Below are positions 49,551 to 62,700 of a DNA stretch of 64,000 nucleotides, piece after piece; position 1 is the stretch's first letter; each line of letters starts with the position of its first letter. This DNA comes from Moniliella sp. 'wahieum' (Eukaryota), in NCBI GenBank assembly GCA_003971905.1, contig RSEE01000013.1:124001-188000 (forward strand), in the 5' to 3' direction. A program made the translations under genes and the position numbers. The notes under the pieces are model-generated. The model had not been told where the DNA came from. It saw nothing but the letters and a program-made list of their open reading frames with translations, and ran no database searches.

Positions 49551-50463
49551 ATTGACGGCTCTGCGGCATGGTCGCTGTTCTGCCTTATATCGAGTTGCTT
49601 CCATGGTCTTCAGGCAGAGAAGGAGAATCAAGGCCATGAGAGTCGCTGCTCCCCCTGGAAACACGGAGTTTGGTTTCTTCTGCGCCAACGTGCCGGAGTA
49701 CAAATGTATACAGTAGGCGGTATGTTCTTGTAACGATGGTTGGTCTAAAGAGAGAAGGTATATTGTTTTGGGGCCTCTTGTGGGTTGGATATGGCTTACC
49801 GCCATTTGCCAACTTCATACCAAACCACCTCCCCCAGGGTTTATCACCAGCAGCAGTTGCTCCTCATTTCCCGGCTGTGAGAATGCCAAGCAATCAATGC
49901 ACATGAACATTCTAGTATTAGGACCCGCATCTGAGCACCGAAAGAGCTATGCCACCACCCTCTAAAACGCTACACCGTACGCCGTAGGGCGAAATAGTAC
50001 GTCCTTGTCCATGCCATGCATGATTCACGAATACACACGGACAGAAGGTCAGTATCAGGGATAGCTCCCAATTCGCATTAGTATGTGGATGAGAAAAGCT
50101 CACTAGAATTGTCCGCCTATAACGCGATGATAACGCATAACGGCCGACCACAGCGCAGTGTGACCTACTTTATTTTCCCTTGCTGGCTTCCTCCGCTTTC
50201 GTTTGGACCTTGTCTCGGTCGCGCTGAAGTTGGTTGCGGTGCGAGATGCCTGCGGGCGTTGCGACCAGGGCCGATGAGGCAGCAAAGGGGAGGAAACAAG
50301 CAATACACCAATCAACCCGGGCGGGTGACACTCCTTATCGTTCCGCCCGCGGAATTTGTACTGGCAATTAAAACCCACGCCACCACTTACATTCGCCGAC
50401 AGGTCACGCACGGGAGGTTGCTTGTCTCGCCCCCACCATCTTCTCCACCGCACTCTTCCCACC

Positions 50464-50858
50464 ATGTCCAAGTACGTCGTCTCCGTTCTACTTCCTGGGT
50501 ACGGTATACTTACACCTTTCTTGTCAGACACAACCCCGACTTGGTCATGTGCCGCAAGATGGCCGGCGTATCAATTGGACGACTGTGCGAGAAATGCGAT
50601 GGCAAATGCCCCGTGTGCGATTCGCTGGTTCGGCCCTCGGTTGCCGCGCACGTCTGTGACGAATGCAGTTTTGGCACATACGCTGACAAGTGCCTGATTT
50701 GTGGTTCGGCGGCCGTGTCCGACGCCTATTACTGCGCCGAATGCGTCCGGCTGGAAAAGGATCGCGATGGTTGTCCCAAGATTGTCAACTTGGGCACCTC
50801 CCGCGTTGACCAGTTTTACCAACGCAAAGCACAAAAGACCAGTTTCCATCGTGGGTGA
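50464..50858 (+). CDS. RDS3: SF3b subunit Rds3/PHF5A
   Basis: [77 protein letters not shown]; intron 50472-50527; no frameshift. Confidence 0.97.
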
Positions 50859-51348
50859 CCTCGGGGACCGACCGACTATGGCAATGGTACGTTGCTTTGT
50901 CGAATGGTTACGACGTTCACTTTGTACACCCCCTCCTCTCACTCTCCCAACAACCTGTTCTGTCCTCTACCTTAAATATACCGCGTCGCCTGCATCAGCC
51001 TCAATCTGCTTCCCGACCCTTCGTTACCGGCCAATAAGCAGCCCATCGTAGATGGCCTGATCAGGCTAGGCTGTTCTGCGGCAGGCGAAAAAGGATCATT
51101 CACACGAGCATCCAAGAAGTTCAGTCCCCACACAAGTGGTGACCGGTGGACAAAAGGGGGCGAGAAGCAACATCTCCGAGGCGGTAATTCTTATAGTGAG
51201 GCAGAGGAAGCGGCGGAACAATGAGTGAAACGCTGAGAATCCCAGAAGGCGTCGAGACTGAAGAACGCGAGTCAAAAGTCACATAAAAGAGAAGAGGGGA
51301 GACATGGGGGGGGAGAAAACCCTCTTTCCCCTTACGGGGGGAAACTAA

Positions 51349-53570
51349 TTAGTGCCAGGTCCGCGACTCCTGCAGTGCCGAACCACTCAGCTGGACCCAA
51401 CTCTGGTCCAAGCTCGGGCCCTCAGACCCAGCCGAGGCCGATCCCCAGTCTGCGAAGCAGCCGGGGTTGAACCTTGGGAGGTCACCTCGTGCTCAGTCGT
51501 AGGACCGGCGCTGGAGCTTGCTGCCAGTGAGGACACCAAGGGCGACTCGCCAGCATGGGCGCGGCACTACTTCCGAGCCAGGCGAGTTGCCGACGTGGTC
51601 CTCCTCCTCGTCGAACGCTGAGGAAGGGGCAAGCGAAGCACATCATCATCATCTGCACTGCTCCCTGTCTCAAGGGAAGAAGGAACATCCAGTTCAGCGA
51701 TGCCAGTGCTCGAACCTCCAGGGGTTGGACGAGGCGTCGACCCATGGAGCGTGCGGCCCAGATCGTAGTTCCCACTGCGCTCCGACTGGGGTTTCCCGAT
51801 CCCGCTTGACCACCACAGTGTTGGCCGAACTTCGGCGGCGAGAGGACACCGACGGGCGATGGATCCCAGTCTTGAGAGTGCGCGAGATGCTCGACGCAGT
51901 ACCATACAACCTCTCGAGCCATTCTTTTGCTGCCGGAGGCAGAAGGATAAAGAGAGTACGGTGAAGCTGAGCTAAAGCCAGCTGCAAAGGAGCAAAAATG
52001 AACCCCATCGCTGGCCGGGAAGCGGCACTTGCGTCATGGTGGGAGTGGACGGCTAGCGTCGGCGGCCAGAATCAAATCGGCCACAGTGCTTGCAGCGCGG
52101 GAACAGTGGCATCCTTATGGCCCAAGGTGCCTTGGCAGGAATGGAGGGGATGGAAGATGCTAAACTTTAGCGTCCGATTGCCTGCAGCTGCTCCTTGTCC
52201 ATCGATCGCTGACTTGCACAACGCTGTAGCGGCAGTGGCCACTATCAGTCACCAGCGAAGCCACGGAGCTCGTGTCGACCTTGGCGGAGTCACCGTCAAT
52301 AAGGGTGAGCACAGTGAGCGGTGCCAGCTGCTCGGGGTTTTGGCTCGTCAAACGTTGGGGACCTGATCGCACCTCGGGAAGAAGTGTCAAAATGGCCGAG
52401 ATGGGCCGTGACATGAGCGCTAAGCACCCGCTGGAAATTGGCGCCCACATGAGCCGGGTTGGTATCGGCACCAGGGAAATCCGCCGCGGACACATACGAC
52501 AAGGCATTGATGATCCCAATTAATGTCGCACCATCGCCAGGACGGGCAAAGGGGTCCCCTGTTGCACCCAGGGGAAATCGCAACGACAGGGCTGACTTAA
52601 CCTGCCCAACAAAACTGTCAATCGAGCGGGGGAGCGACGAAAGATCAAAGTGCCGCACCGCAACGTACCCGCGGCTGGAGGGCAAGATGTGGGCATCAAA
52701 CGTCTTGAGACTGGTACTGGAGCTTACACCAGCAATGACGATTAAGCCTTGCGACGTCAGATCGAGCACCAGTGCCCGTCCCAGAGGCGTGTCGGCACCC
52801 AAAATGACAACTGCCTCCCGACGGATTCCGTTGCGTACACGGGCAGGACGGCGTAAGGAGCTTTGCTGGCCCGTAGCCTTGGCGACTAACGCCTGAGCTT
52901 GGGTGGGATGCATATGCATGTAGGCCAATCCAAGGCCCCCGAGGCAGCTGAAATGCCAGCTACAAAGGCAATGGGATGGTCTTGGACCCAGCCCACAGTG
53001 GAACGAACCACCCCTGACGCCACCTGAGATGAAGACGGAGTTGGCGTGGGGATTTGGGGTGGGGGAGACGATGAGTTCTTGGATCGGCTCTTGGATCTCG
53101 GCGAGGTTAGGGCCCTGCATCTCGGGCGGACCGTATCGCGCAAGCTCCTGGTAAAGGGCAGAGTAGTACTCGTGCAGCTTATCAGTTATCTGCTGCGGCA
53201 TCTCCCGCTGCGGGCCCGGAAAGGCAGCAGCCAGAGTCAGTGTTCAGAACGAGAGGAGAAGGGCAAGATGGGATACGCACCAAGCCCTGGGGCCACTGAT
53301 TCTCGATCCAGTCCTCAACATCGGCCAAGCTAGGCATAGTGGAGGGGACAGATGTGGGTAGGGGAGCAGGTGAAGGGGGGTGGCGTTAGGTGGATCCGGG
53401 AGCGAAGATGCTTTTGACGGTGAGGGCCTAGGCTGCCAGGGAGGGGTGGACGGAGCGGAAGCAATGGGCAAGGGCGATGGGCGCACAGATGGAGGCTTAG
53501 AGGCGGTGGCACGAGGCAGAGGTGGCGGCAGGGGTGGCGGTGGCGGTGGCGGGAGCACATCATCCATCAT
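51349..53570 (-). CDS. Fungal DUF1776-like protein (SDR/Rossmann-like)
   Basis: RREAVVILGADTPLGRALVLDLTSQGLIVIAGVS, LSLRFPL..GDP, C-terminal SLDQSWVQL; Pro-rich N-terminus; frameshifted. Confidence 0.65.
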
Positions 53571-53914
53571 CGGCCTGGGGCCCGCACTTATATGGCGGCC
53601 CCGACCCGACTGATAGCAGCATGCCATACTAGGGCCCTTGCGCAGATAAGCAGCCGCCGCCATCATTGCAATCTTGCAACACCCTTGCCGCCCGTGGTGG
53701 GTGGCTCGGCGTCAGTGTCGGCGAAAGACGTGCTTACCCAATGCGCATGTGAATGCCTTTGCGGCGGACGGCTGGCGGCTGGGTTGCCGCAAACGGCAGG
53801 AAACGCATATAACGCGTAAAAGATGTGTGTTTCATCACCGTGTTGTGCTGGCCTGGCTCCACCTCCGTATCCCCTCCAAGCTTCACCCTTCGCCTTCAGC
53901 GCACCCACCCCACC

Positions 53915-54580
53915 ATGTCCCGGCCATCCTCCGAGCACAGATCTCAGCCCGCCTTATGCTGCCTGATTCAGTTTCTTTCCACACCACTGTGCGCATGCCA
54001 TCAAGTGGCAGTACAGCTCCTTGTTCTGAGACTCACCTTGTCAGCATAGAAAACTGCCGCTTTGTTGTGATGAGCATTAAGGAAACGAAGACGCCCAGCT
54101 CTGTGCTCGATGCAACCGTTCCAAAAAACCGGCAACCCCGAAATTTGCCACTAACCCAACGTTTGCGGCCAAGCAGGAGGACACGGAGCGACCTCATGCT
54201 GCTGCTGCTGCTTCTGTTAGAGAAAGTATTGAAGAAGAAACCAAAGAAGGAAGAACAGGCAGCTGCGGCAGCTGCAGCCAAAGCAGCGGCGCCAAAGTCC
54301 AACTTGATGTCAAACCCTGGGAACCACAGAGTATGGGCCGAACGACGTGCATGCCCTTGGCTGCCCGTCTCCGGTTGACGGCAATTGTGTGTCGCACTTG
54401 CACCATCTGCTCCAGTACCACACCTTCAACGCGAATGCGCTTTGTGGTCCAGCAACAAGCATAGCCACTTCATCCGCCTGATTGGAGGGCCAAATAGAGT
54501 GGGCATAGTTGAAAGGCCATTGATCTGTCCAGGTCAAGGCAAGGAACGTCAATCACAAATGGTCGTCCCTCATTCGTAGG
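53915..54580 (+). CDS. Hypothetical protein, possible mitochondrial-targeting-like N-terminus; boundaries uncertain
   Basis: ATG in C-rich context (CACCATG) followed, across a probable indel, by AILRAQISARL; Ala/Lys-rich segment KKKPKKEEQAAAAAAAKAAAPK. No recognised domain. Confidence 0.3.
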
Positions 54581-54768
54581 TCTGAGCGCTACCAGTGGTA
54601 TGCTGAGGAGCTACCAATTACAATTTTCTATCCTTTCACTCTCGCATGCACTCTCCCTCCTGCTCCTGCGCGTACAAACCTTTCTGTATTACCTCCCTAG
54701 TCAACTACCGCACCATTGATCTGGTAGTATGCAAGATGTGCCCCAATGTTATGGAAGGCAAATGCAAG

Positions 54769-56553
54769 TTACTCTTCGTCTTCTTCCTCGTCCACCCCTT
54801 CGTCAGCAACCTTGATAATCTCGCCTTGGGCCCCACCTTGCTCGAGACGTTGACGCTGCTGGGGCGTGAGCACCTTTTGTAGTCGATCGCCAAAGGTCTT
54901 GCGCACACCAACGTTGGAGAGCGCGTCCCAAATCCGCAAGACACCCTTGGACCCGGCACAGGCGATCGTCATGGGGTCATTGGGAGAGAAGGACGCTGAA
55001 AAGACGCGACCGGCATCCAGATCGCGATTGGTGACGAGGCTGATACTTTGAGGTGTAGCATTGCCGGTACCTACAGCGTCCGACAAGGACCAGATCTTGG
55101 TCTGCCGATCAGCACCTCCCGTCAACAAGCACCCAGGCACGAGCGGGTTGATCTGGATCGAAGTGCAGGCCGACTCATGCGCAGACAACGTCCACAGTGC
55201 TTCAGCCCCAGCTCCCGGTGCAAGTGCTTTGGCCTCGGCGGCTGAGCCGCTGCGGAGCTTGCGCTTGTCAAACGCCTGCACCAAGCCATTCTCCATCGAA
55301 GCCAAAAACTGGTTGGAGTGCCAGGGGTCCCACTGCACGCTTTCCACGTCCGAGGCCACCTTGGCAAACACTCCCGCATCCGGCGAGCGCGTGTCAAACA
55401 CCCGCAAGGACCCATCAAAGGACCCCGTTAGTAGCGTTGCCGCTGCATCCGCCCCCATGGATCCCACTGAGGAGCCTGAAGTGTCCCAGGCCACGGCCTG
55501 GATCTTGTCCGAATGGACATTGTCGTATGACCGCAGAGCCGATCCGTGCTTTCCACTTGTAGGACGAGTCAAGTCCCAAAGCTTGACTGTCTTATCCGCA
55601 CTGACCGAGGCAAGGATCGACCTTGCCACCCGGTTCCACGACAGACCTAGCACAGCGTCCACGTGATGGGTTGGGTTGGCGACCCGTTGCGCCTTTTGGC
55701 GACGCTTTTTCTTCCCTGTACCGAGGGGCATGTCCAGGTTTTTGGTCAGGTCCCTCCTTCCCAGAATCGCATCAGGAAAGGCAGCCTCAACCACATCCAT
55801 CGACCAGATCTCAATCTCTGGGTCCATTGTTCCCACCGCCATGTAGCTACCCCGTGCACCCGGCTGACCATTTGGCAACAGTTGCGGCTGCTCCCCATCG
55901 TCCGAGAAGATGGCCGGCTTAAAATCGAGCCACTCAAGACAGAGTGGGAACGACGGAAGCATCAGGTCATGGTGAACATATAGGTTGGCGTCCTCGGGAG
56001 CGTAGACATACGCATCCAACTGCGGCACCTCGTCCTCGGCCTTGGCAACAACAATGAGGTTGTCCGAGGGTAGATCTCCAATTCCTCTCGTGAGGCTTCC
56101 GAGTTCGCATCCTCGTCGTCCTTGAGAGTAACGTAGGGGTCCTCATCATTGTTGCGGTAGAAGGTAAGCCCCTTAATGTTACCCAGTGCACCTAAGGTGC
56201 CCTGGGGCTGCTCGTCGTCGTACGTGTCGAGATTGTAGCGTGCCAGGTCATCGGGTCATCCATCTTAACTCAGCCCCATCTGATGGCTTAGCTTCTGCCT
56301 CGGAAGCCGATTCGTCGTCACTCATCGCCTCCTCGCCGCTGCCGTCGGCATCCTCCCAACCGTCATCGTCTTGGCCCATGCCCTCAGCAGCCTTCTTCAT
56401 CTGCTCAACCTGGGCCTGCGCGTCTTGGAAGTGCATGCCGGTTAGGGCGGAGATGCGGGCAATCTCATCATCGTCGGTGAGGTTGGTCCGGTGTGGGTGC
56501 TGCGCCGACTTGCCCTGGGCGATCCAGGCGACAGACGAGATGATACTCGTCAT
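54769..56553 (-). CDS. PWP1: Periodic tryptophan protein 1 (WD40; ribosome biogenesis)
   Basis: MTSIISSVAWIAQG, NLYVHHDLMLPSFPLCLEWLDF, YMAVGTMDPEIEIWSMD..PDAILG, HVDAVLGLSWN..LASVSADKTVKLWDL, RDLDAGRVFSASFSP. Confidence 0.93.
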
Positions 56554-56699
56554 GACGATGTCAAGAGACAACAGGAACCAACCACAGTTCCCTGCAGAAC
56601 CGTACTCGAGCAAAAAAAAAGAGGAGACAGAGTATTGACTGAATTGCACCGACGGTCCTTGAAATGTTCGTATTTCCATATCGCCGCTGTTTTCTCCTC

Positions 56700-56763
56700 G
56701 TCACGCGTCACTGATCACCGGTCACACGTCACACGTCACGCGTCACTAGCGTCACTAGTCACT
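56700..56763. promoter_or_regulatory. Array of nine (G)TCAC motifs upstream of PWP1
   Basis: GTCACGCGTCACTGATCACCGGTCACACGTCACACGTCACGCGTCACTAGCGTCACTAGTCAC, spacing about 7 bp; TATATA at about 56805. Confidence 0.5.
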
Positions 56764-57061
56764 GTCCCTTTTGTGTGCCAGCGGGGAGGCTTGGGGGCCG
56801 TGATTATATATAATTCGCGAGGATTGACACGATATCGATGACAAGCCGTTCTCGCGCCTGCGCCTGAGTTCGCTTCTCCTTTCTACACTCCACGACCACC
56901 ACTGCTTGCATCTGGTACTGGTTTACTAAACATCCGCGCTCATGATTAGCCGCCTAACGTGCTCCTAAGCAAAAGCGGGGCCATGCAAATGTGGGCCGTC
57001 CCGTCAGATCTGTGACCACGTCACCAGATAAGTTTAGGTCCAAAAGGATCAATCTCCCAAT

Positions 57062-58019
57062 CTAGGTGGGCATGCCACCTCTGACACCCTTGACCTGACG
57101 ATCGGTTCCAAGCCACAGAAGGTCGGGTCGACTGTAATGGCCACCAATATCAACAAAGGACTTGAAAACGAGGATGAGGTCGAGGTCAATGTCAGCATAG
57201 AGAATGCCTTCCTCGACCTGGCCAAGAGGCTGGGAAAGCTGGCGGCCGTCAGGACCAAAAATCGCTGAGGATCCACCACCGGGGCTACTCATCATCGGCC
57301 CGCCGTTCGTTTCGTTGGCCTCGATCGCATTTTCGGTGAGAACGGCCGTGCTGTGCAGCACAAAGCAGCCAGCTTCGATGGCAAACGTGCGCGCCAAGGT
57401 TTGGCAGCCCTCTGCCGACATGGAGAACAAGTCTTGACCTGCAGGTCCAGAGTGCGGCGTGACCGAGGGCCAAGCGGCAAAGTGAATTTGTGGACGCTGG
57501 ATGGCGACATGATACTTGAGAAGTGGTTGGATATGCTCCCAGCATGATAAGGCCGAATATCGTACGCCATCGACAGCGACCACGTCTGACAACGTCTCGG
57601 CCGTGCCATCCCCAAATATGGTTCTCTCCATATGAGTGGGTTTAAGTTTACGACGATGAGAAAGGATGGCGCCGTTGTTGTCAATGATTGCCTGGGAAAT
57701 ATAGAGTGAGTCCCCAGCCCGTTCGGAGAAGCCCAGCCCAACGACGATGTTGAACCGGCAGCAGCAGCGCAGATCGTGCGCATTTCGGGAGAATCAACCT
57801 TGAGAGAACTGTTGAGGTACTTGATGGTCAAACTGGGATCAATGCACGGGTCCAGACCCACAATGGGTAGCCCGGGATCCACACTTCGGGAAAGGCAATA
57901 ACATGAGCTCCATTCTCGGCTGCCTCTTTCATCAAGGAGATTGTCTTTGCAACACAACCTTGGAGGTCAAACCAGACTGGCTCTTGCTGGGTGCATGCGA
58001 CGCGAAGAGAGGTGGCCAT
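57062..58019 (-). CDS. Nitrilase (arylacetonitrilase-like), intronless
   Basis: Catalytic Glu/Lys/Cys in [43 protein letters not shown]; also [33 protein letters not shown]. Confidence 0.93.
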
Positions 58020-59720
58020 GGCGGGAAAGAGACGAATACATGAATAGATGGGGCGGATGCGACTTCCGATCCAGCATGCGTATCTGCTTCTCAGCGCAGT
58101 AGCTATTTATGAGATTCCGAGAGCATGTTTCTCTGTTGGCAGCAATGTGACTTTTTGTGACTGTCTGTGGACGAAGACAATGAGATTCCGGCGCGTACGC
58201 ATGCGTCCATGATCGATGAGCGATATGGATGTTCGGCACAGATAACGCGAATGACGAGATCGATTAAATGAACAGTGGGATCTACTGAGAACGAATGTAC
58301 AGTAGTAACTCACCGGTCTCACCAAGGAGGGGGAGGGTCGCAGTTAAGTATTATAGCCCTAGATCGCGTTCATTTCATTGACAGAGCTTAAGACTGGGAC
58401 AGGGAAATAATCGATGCTCGATAAGCTCATGTTTTGGTTGTTCCGTTGCCTTTTCAAATATCTCGGGCCCTATTGAGCTTCGATCGTATCCCCCTGCCAC
58501 TTTTCGCGGCGATGACTCAGCCCGTCCACTAACATCGGCACCTATGAAGTACCCACGCCGCTATCCGGCTAACCCTCTCGCCATGTATCAAGCTGTCACA
58601 ATAAGTTCATCATTATCACTGGTTCTCTTCAAGCTTAAATTTTTTGGAAGCAGGCAAAGACTGGGATACGAAACTCATCTCCTTCATATGTGCCACTGCA
58701 CCAAACAAACCCCGAATGTCACAAAGGGTAAAGCGAAGGAGACCAGAGTCGAGGCTAGTAGACCAATAAAAGGAATGTATCAAAATCGTTCATGGGAAGA
58801 AGGAAGAGCAGAGGACATGGCGCGAAGCGGAAGAACAGGGAAGGAGCGAGACGCGCTCGGGACGAAGAAATTGGAAATAGGCGCGAGATCAACCAAACTA
58901 CTGTGACACCGAAGAACTTTTGAAAAAAACAGAACGTCTGCAGAAGGACTCACTGACTCGGCTCCACCACAGGCTAGCACGGCCTGCCTCCGCCACATGG
59001 GCCTTATGGCCAGTCTCAGTCAAATGATTGCCCGCGAATTCTGCTGGTGTTACAAGCATATACTAGCTCCCTACAGGTTCAGACGCAAGGTTACGCAGTC
59101 CTGCATGTGGATGATATCAGTTGGTCCCGAGAAGAGAGAAAAACGGGGAGCCCACGGCATTAGGATACTACTATGTGCCACCATGAGCGCTTCTCAGAGT
59201 GGCGTATTCTTTCTTTCTCTCTACTTGTTTTCTGTCGTTCGGGACTCTGTAGTATGCAAGGAAATGGAGGCAGTCAACTGCAGAAGAGACTAATAATCGT
59301 CACAAGATGATGTTGTTGGGTCGTGAATCGCACCTGAAAATGCAATGCAGCAACAACTAGTAGAACTGAGAGACCGCGCACAGTATGACAGAGAGGGCAA
59401 ATGCAACTCAAGGTTACGAACGATTCAGAGCCAGTGGTATATATAGGTGAGAAATAGGTTGTCGGAGATGATCGATCGATCTTAAAAACCTTTATGGAGA
59501 GAACAGAGCGTTGGGCCCACTTACGGAAACAACAAGCCGCTCAGCTCGAAGCATATCGACAATACGTTATTTTGATGAGAGACCATGGCAATATTGAGGC
59601 GTACAAGAGGGTAGTAGGATGCTGTTGGTATATACCAACACAACGTGATACATGCATGATGGCACCGGGCGCACCCACAGAGAGAGGGAGTGGAGAAAGC
59701 AGATGAAAATCCATCGCATC

Positions 59721-62700
59721 TTAGAGGAAGTGACGGCATCCTTCAGAGCCACAAAGACAAGGGATCGCATCTTCATCATTGGCATTGGCAGCCAATTTAT
59801 AGTCGTACGTGATCTCGTCCCCTGGCTCGATCCAGTCCTTGGCAAACAGAACAATCCGCTTGTCCCCATTGACAGTTAAGATTTTGGCGTTGCAGTTGGG
59901 TGTGCAGCAGTGGTTCACCAGGCGAGCAATGTTACCCTGCGCGTCGCATCAACGACCAGGTCATTGTCGACGCGAAAGAGGTAGGTCGAGAACTGACCGG
60001 ACCGTTCATATGCCTTCTCACGCTCATCGGCCAGTTGGTGGCGCACTAGCTCACCCACATACTCGATCACCATGTCCCCCGGACAGATCGACTCCAGCGC
60101 ATACAGCCCCCAGTCGTGGATGCGAGACCTGGCGAACCGCAGCGCTTTCTTGCGCGTGCGAAGTTGGTTGATCGATAAGAGTTCCGAGTCAATGGTCGAG
60201 TCCCGCTTCTGAAGCTCAAAGTTGGCCACCAACCTGCGGCCGTCCGCACGGGCCTCGCGCGCGCTTGCCAAGACGCCAGCGGCAGTCTTGCCCCCTACAA
60301 GAGAGTCTTCTTGAAGGTCAGGCACGTGGAGAGACTGACTTGTGTCGTGGGTGCACGCGGAACATGCCTTCGGACCTGGTCGAGCCCGATGCCAGACAGG
60401 GCAAGACACCCTCCTCCTCCTCCGTCTCCTTGACTCCCCCCTCCGTCTCGTCCATAGGTTCAGCACTGCCCCATGAGGTCCCTGGGCCAACCGCTCTGAG
60501 CTGCTCTAAGGCCCGCCTGGCATAATACAGGTCCTCCTCGTCCTCGACAATGCCCATGGCGTGCAGATCGGCCGCTGTATCCTCCGTTCGCGGCACGGTC
60601 TGCCGTGCTGCCTTCTTGACAGGCCGCGGTGCAAGCGTAGGAGTGGGAGCATCATCCAAGGTCGGTTCGGGTGACTGCTCGTGGTTGGAAGCATAGGACT
60701 CGCCATTCGGTGGATCTGTGGAACGGATGCGGTCTCCTTTTTCTTTTTAGAAGCGCGCGCCTTCTTACTGGTAGAAGCCACCGCACCGGACTTTGAAGGG
60801 CCCTGGGCGTTCTCCATCTTACCAAGATCTGGTGCTGGTACCTTCGTCTCCTCCATGGTCACATCCTCAGCTGTATTTCCTTTGGCCTCAGCAGCATCCG
60901 GTTCAGCCAACAACATATCCAGCGCAGCGTCCACCGGATCTTCGGCGGCAAAAAGACGCTGAAGCAGCGCCTCATCTGCCACGCTGGTTCTGGATGTTTT
61001 TGCGATACATCCTGGGCTTTGCTCTTAGGCTCCCGGGATTCGGTCTCGGAGTCGGTAAAGTCGGGCAAGGTCCGACGAGAGTGTGACCTTGGGGGAGAAG
61101 AGGACACAGACTGATTCGCTGTCGACTTCCTCTCACGTTCGAGCTTGGGGTCGGACTCAGTAGAGTCGGGCAGGTGGCGACGAAGAGGTTTGGGAACCAA
61201 GTTCTTGGAGCGCTTCTCGTTGAAACGAGATGCACCCTTTCGCCATCGTCCACATCCCCTTTGGAATGAAGGGGGACATCAGCCTTTGCCTTAGAAGGAC
61301 GCGCTCTCTTCCCCGGATGGGAGGTGGAGAGGGGAATGGTTTCTGTCCTGTTGGAGGCCCTGGAAGGCTGCCTTTTACGGAACACAGGCATCTCCTCGTC
61401 CTCGTCCTCGTCCTCCCTTCCTCTTCTGGGACGGCACGCGGCTTTGTTGGGGCGTGCAACGGCTCAGTTTCCGTACTCCTGATACTTGGCCCGCTCGATT
61501 TAGCATTACCACCAGTAACCTCGTTGTCGTGACTGGGGACGACGCCTCACCTTGCTGGGTTGGCAGACGATTCAATGTATCACCGCGCTCGGCGACTGCG
61601 CCTGGAGCTGAGACCTGGAGGACCTTGGGCACCCTCGGGATCGAGGGCAACTTGCGACCAAAGGATGGTAACCCCCCCTTGGATGTTCTAGGGGGCAGAG
61701 TGACTGGGAGGGGGGGTGGGCCTTCAGCTTCAGGGGCATGGGCAGGATCGGATTTCTCCCCATCTCCGAGGGCAGGCATGGTCGGTGTCAAGGAGGCAGT
61801 GGGTGGCGAAGTGCCGGCGGTGGAAATTGTTTCCCCTGCCGGAGAAGGCGCAGTGGGCGAGACCGAAGCAACCCCCGACACAAATGGATGAAGTGCCGAA
61901 TCTCGCCTGGCTTTCAACGCCAAAGCCAGCTCAGGTCGACAGAATCGTACACCCACGTCGGCAAAGAAGCGTTGCTTCAGCTCGGATACCAAGCGTGTGG
62001 AAGCCTCGTTGACTAAATCTGAACGGCTCCAGCTCGTGCTTTTTGGATAGAAAGCAGCACTAGGAGAGGCAGCGAAAGGGGGATGTGGATGATACGAAAA
62101 GCGTGATCCATGTGGCGAGCGCTGTTCGAAACTCGTGATGTTAGAATGACACCTAGGAAGAGCCCAAAGGGAGCTACTCACCGGGAGGGTTTGGGGTCTT
62201 TGACATTGATCGCGGAAGGCATGTCGACACGATCGGTGTAAACGGTCCCGGTAGTTTCCACTGAAGATATTTCTCGAGCCCGAACTGAAGGAGGAGCAGC
62301 CCAGGCTGATGAAGCAGGAATGGATACGGCAGAGGGGGACCCCTCTGCACGAGAGGAAGGCCGTTCAGCGTTCCCATTCAAATAGGTACGGCGCGATGCA
62401 TCGTCTTGGGCATACTGATTGGGTCCGACCACGTCATCAGCGATGCGGGGTCGAGCGTGAGGCGGAGCGCCAGTAGGATCATCGTCAGGAGCAGGCCGCT
62501 TGAGCGAGGCAACTTCTTCTGTTTCCAATTGCGTCCCCAATTCTGACGAATCGGGCCCGTTCTTAAAATGGGACGAACGCCGGTCCCAGTCCGGACCGCG
62601 ATCCCAACCCCGCAATCCCTTGTCTCTGTCCCTTTCCCTGTATCTTTCTCCACTCCCTGGTAGTGAAGAACTGTATCGGGAGTGTCGGGGGAGAGTGGCT

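Noticed and set aside
58020..59720. Short ORFs between the nitrilase and SET1
   Set aside because: No recognisable homology or structure; treated as promoter/3'UTR/intergenic.
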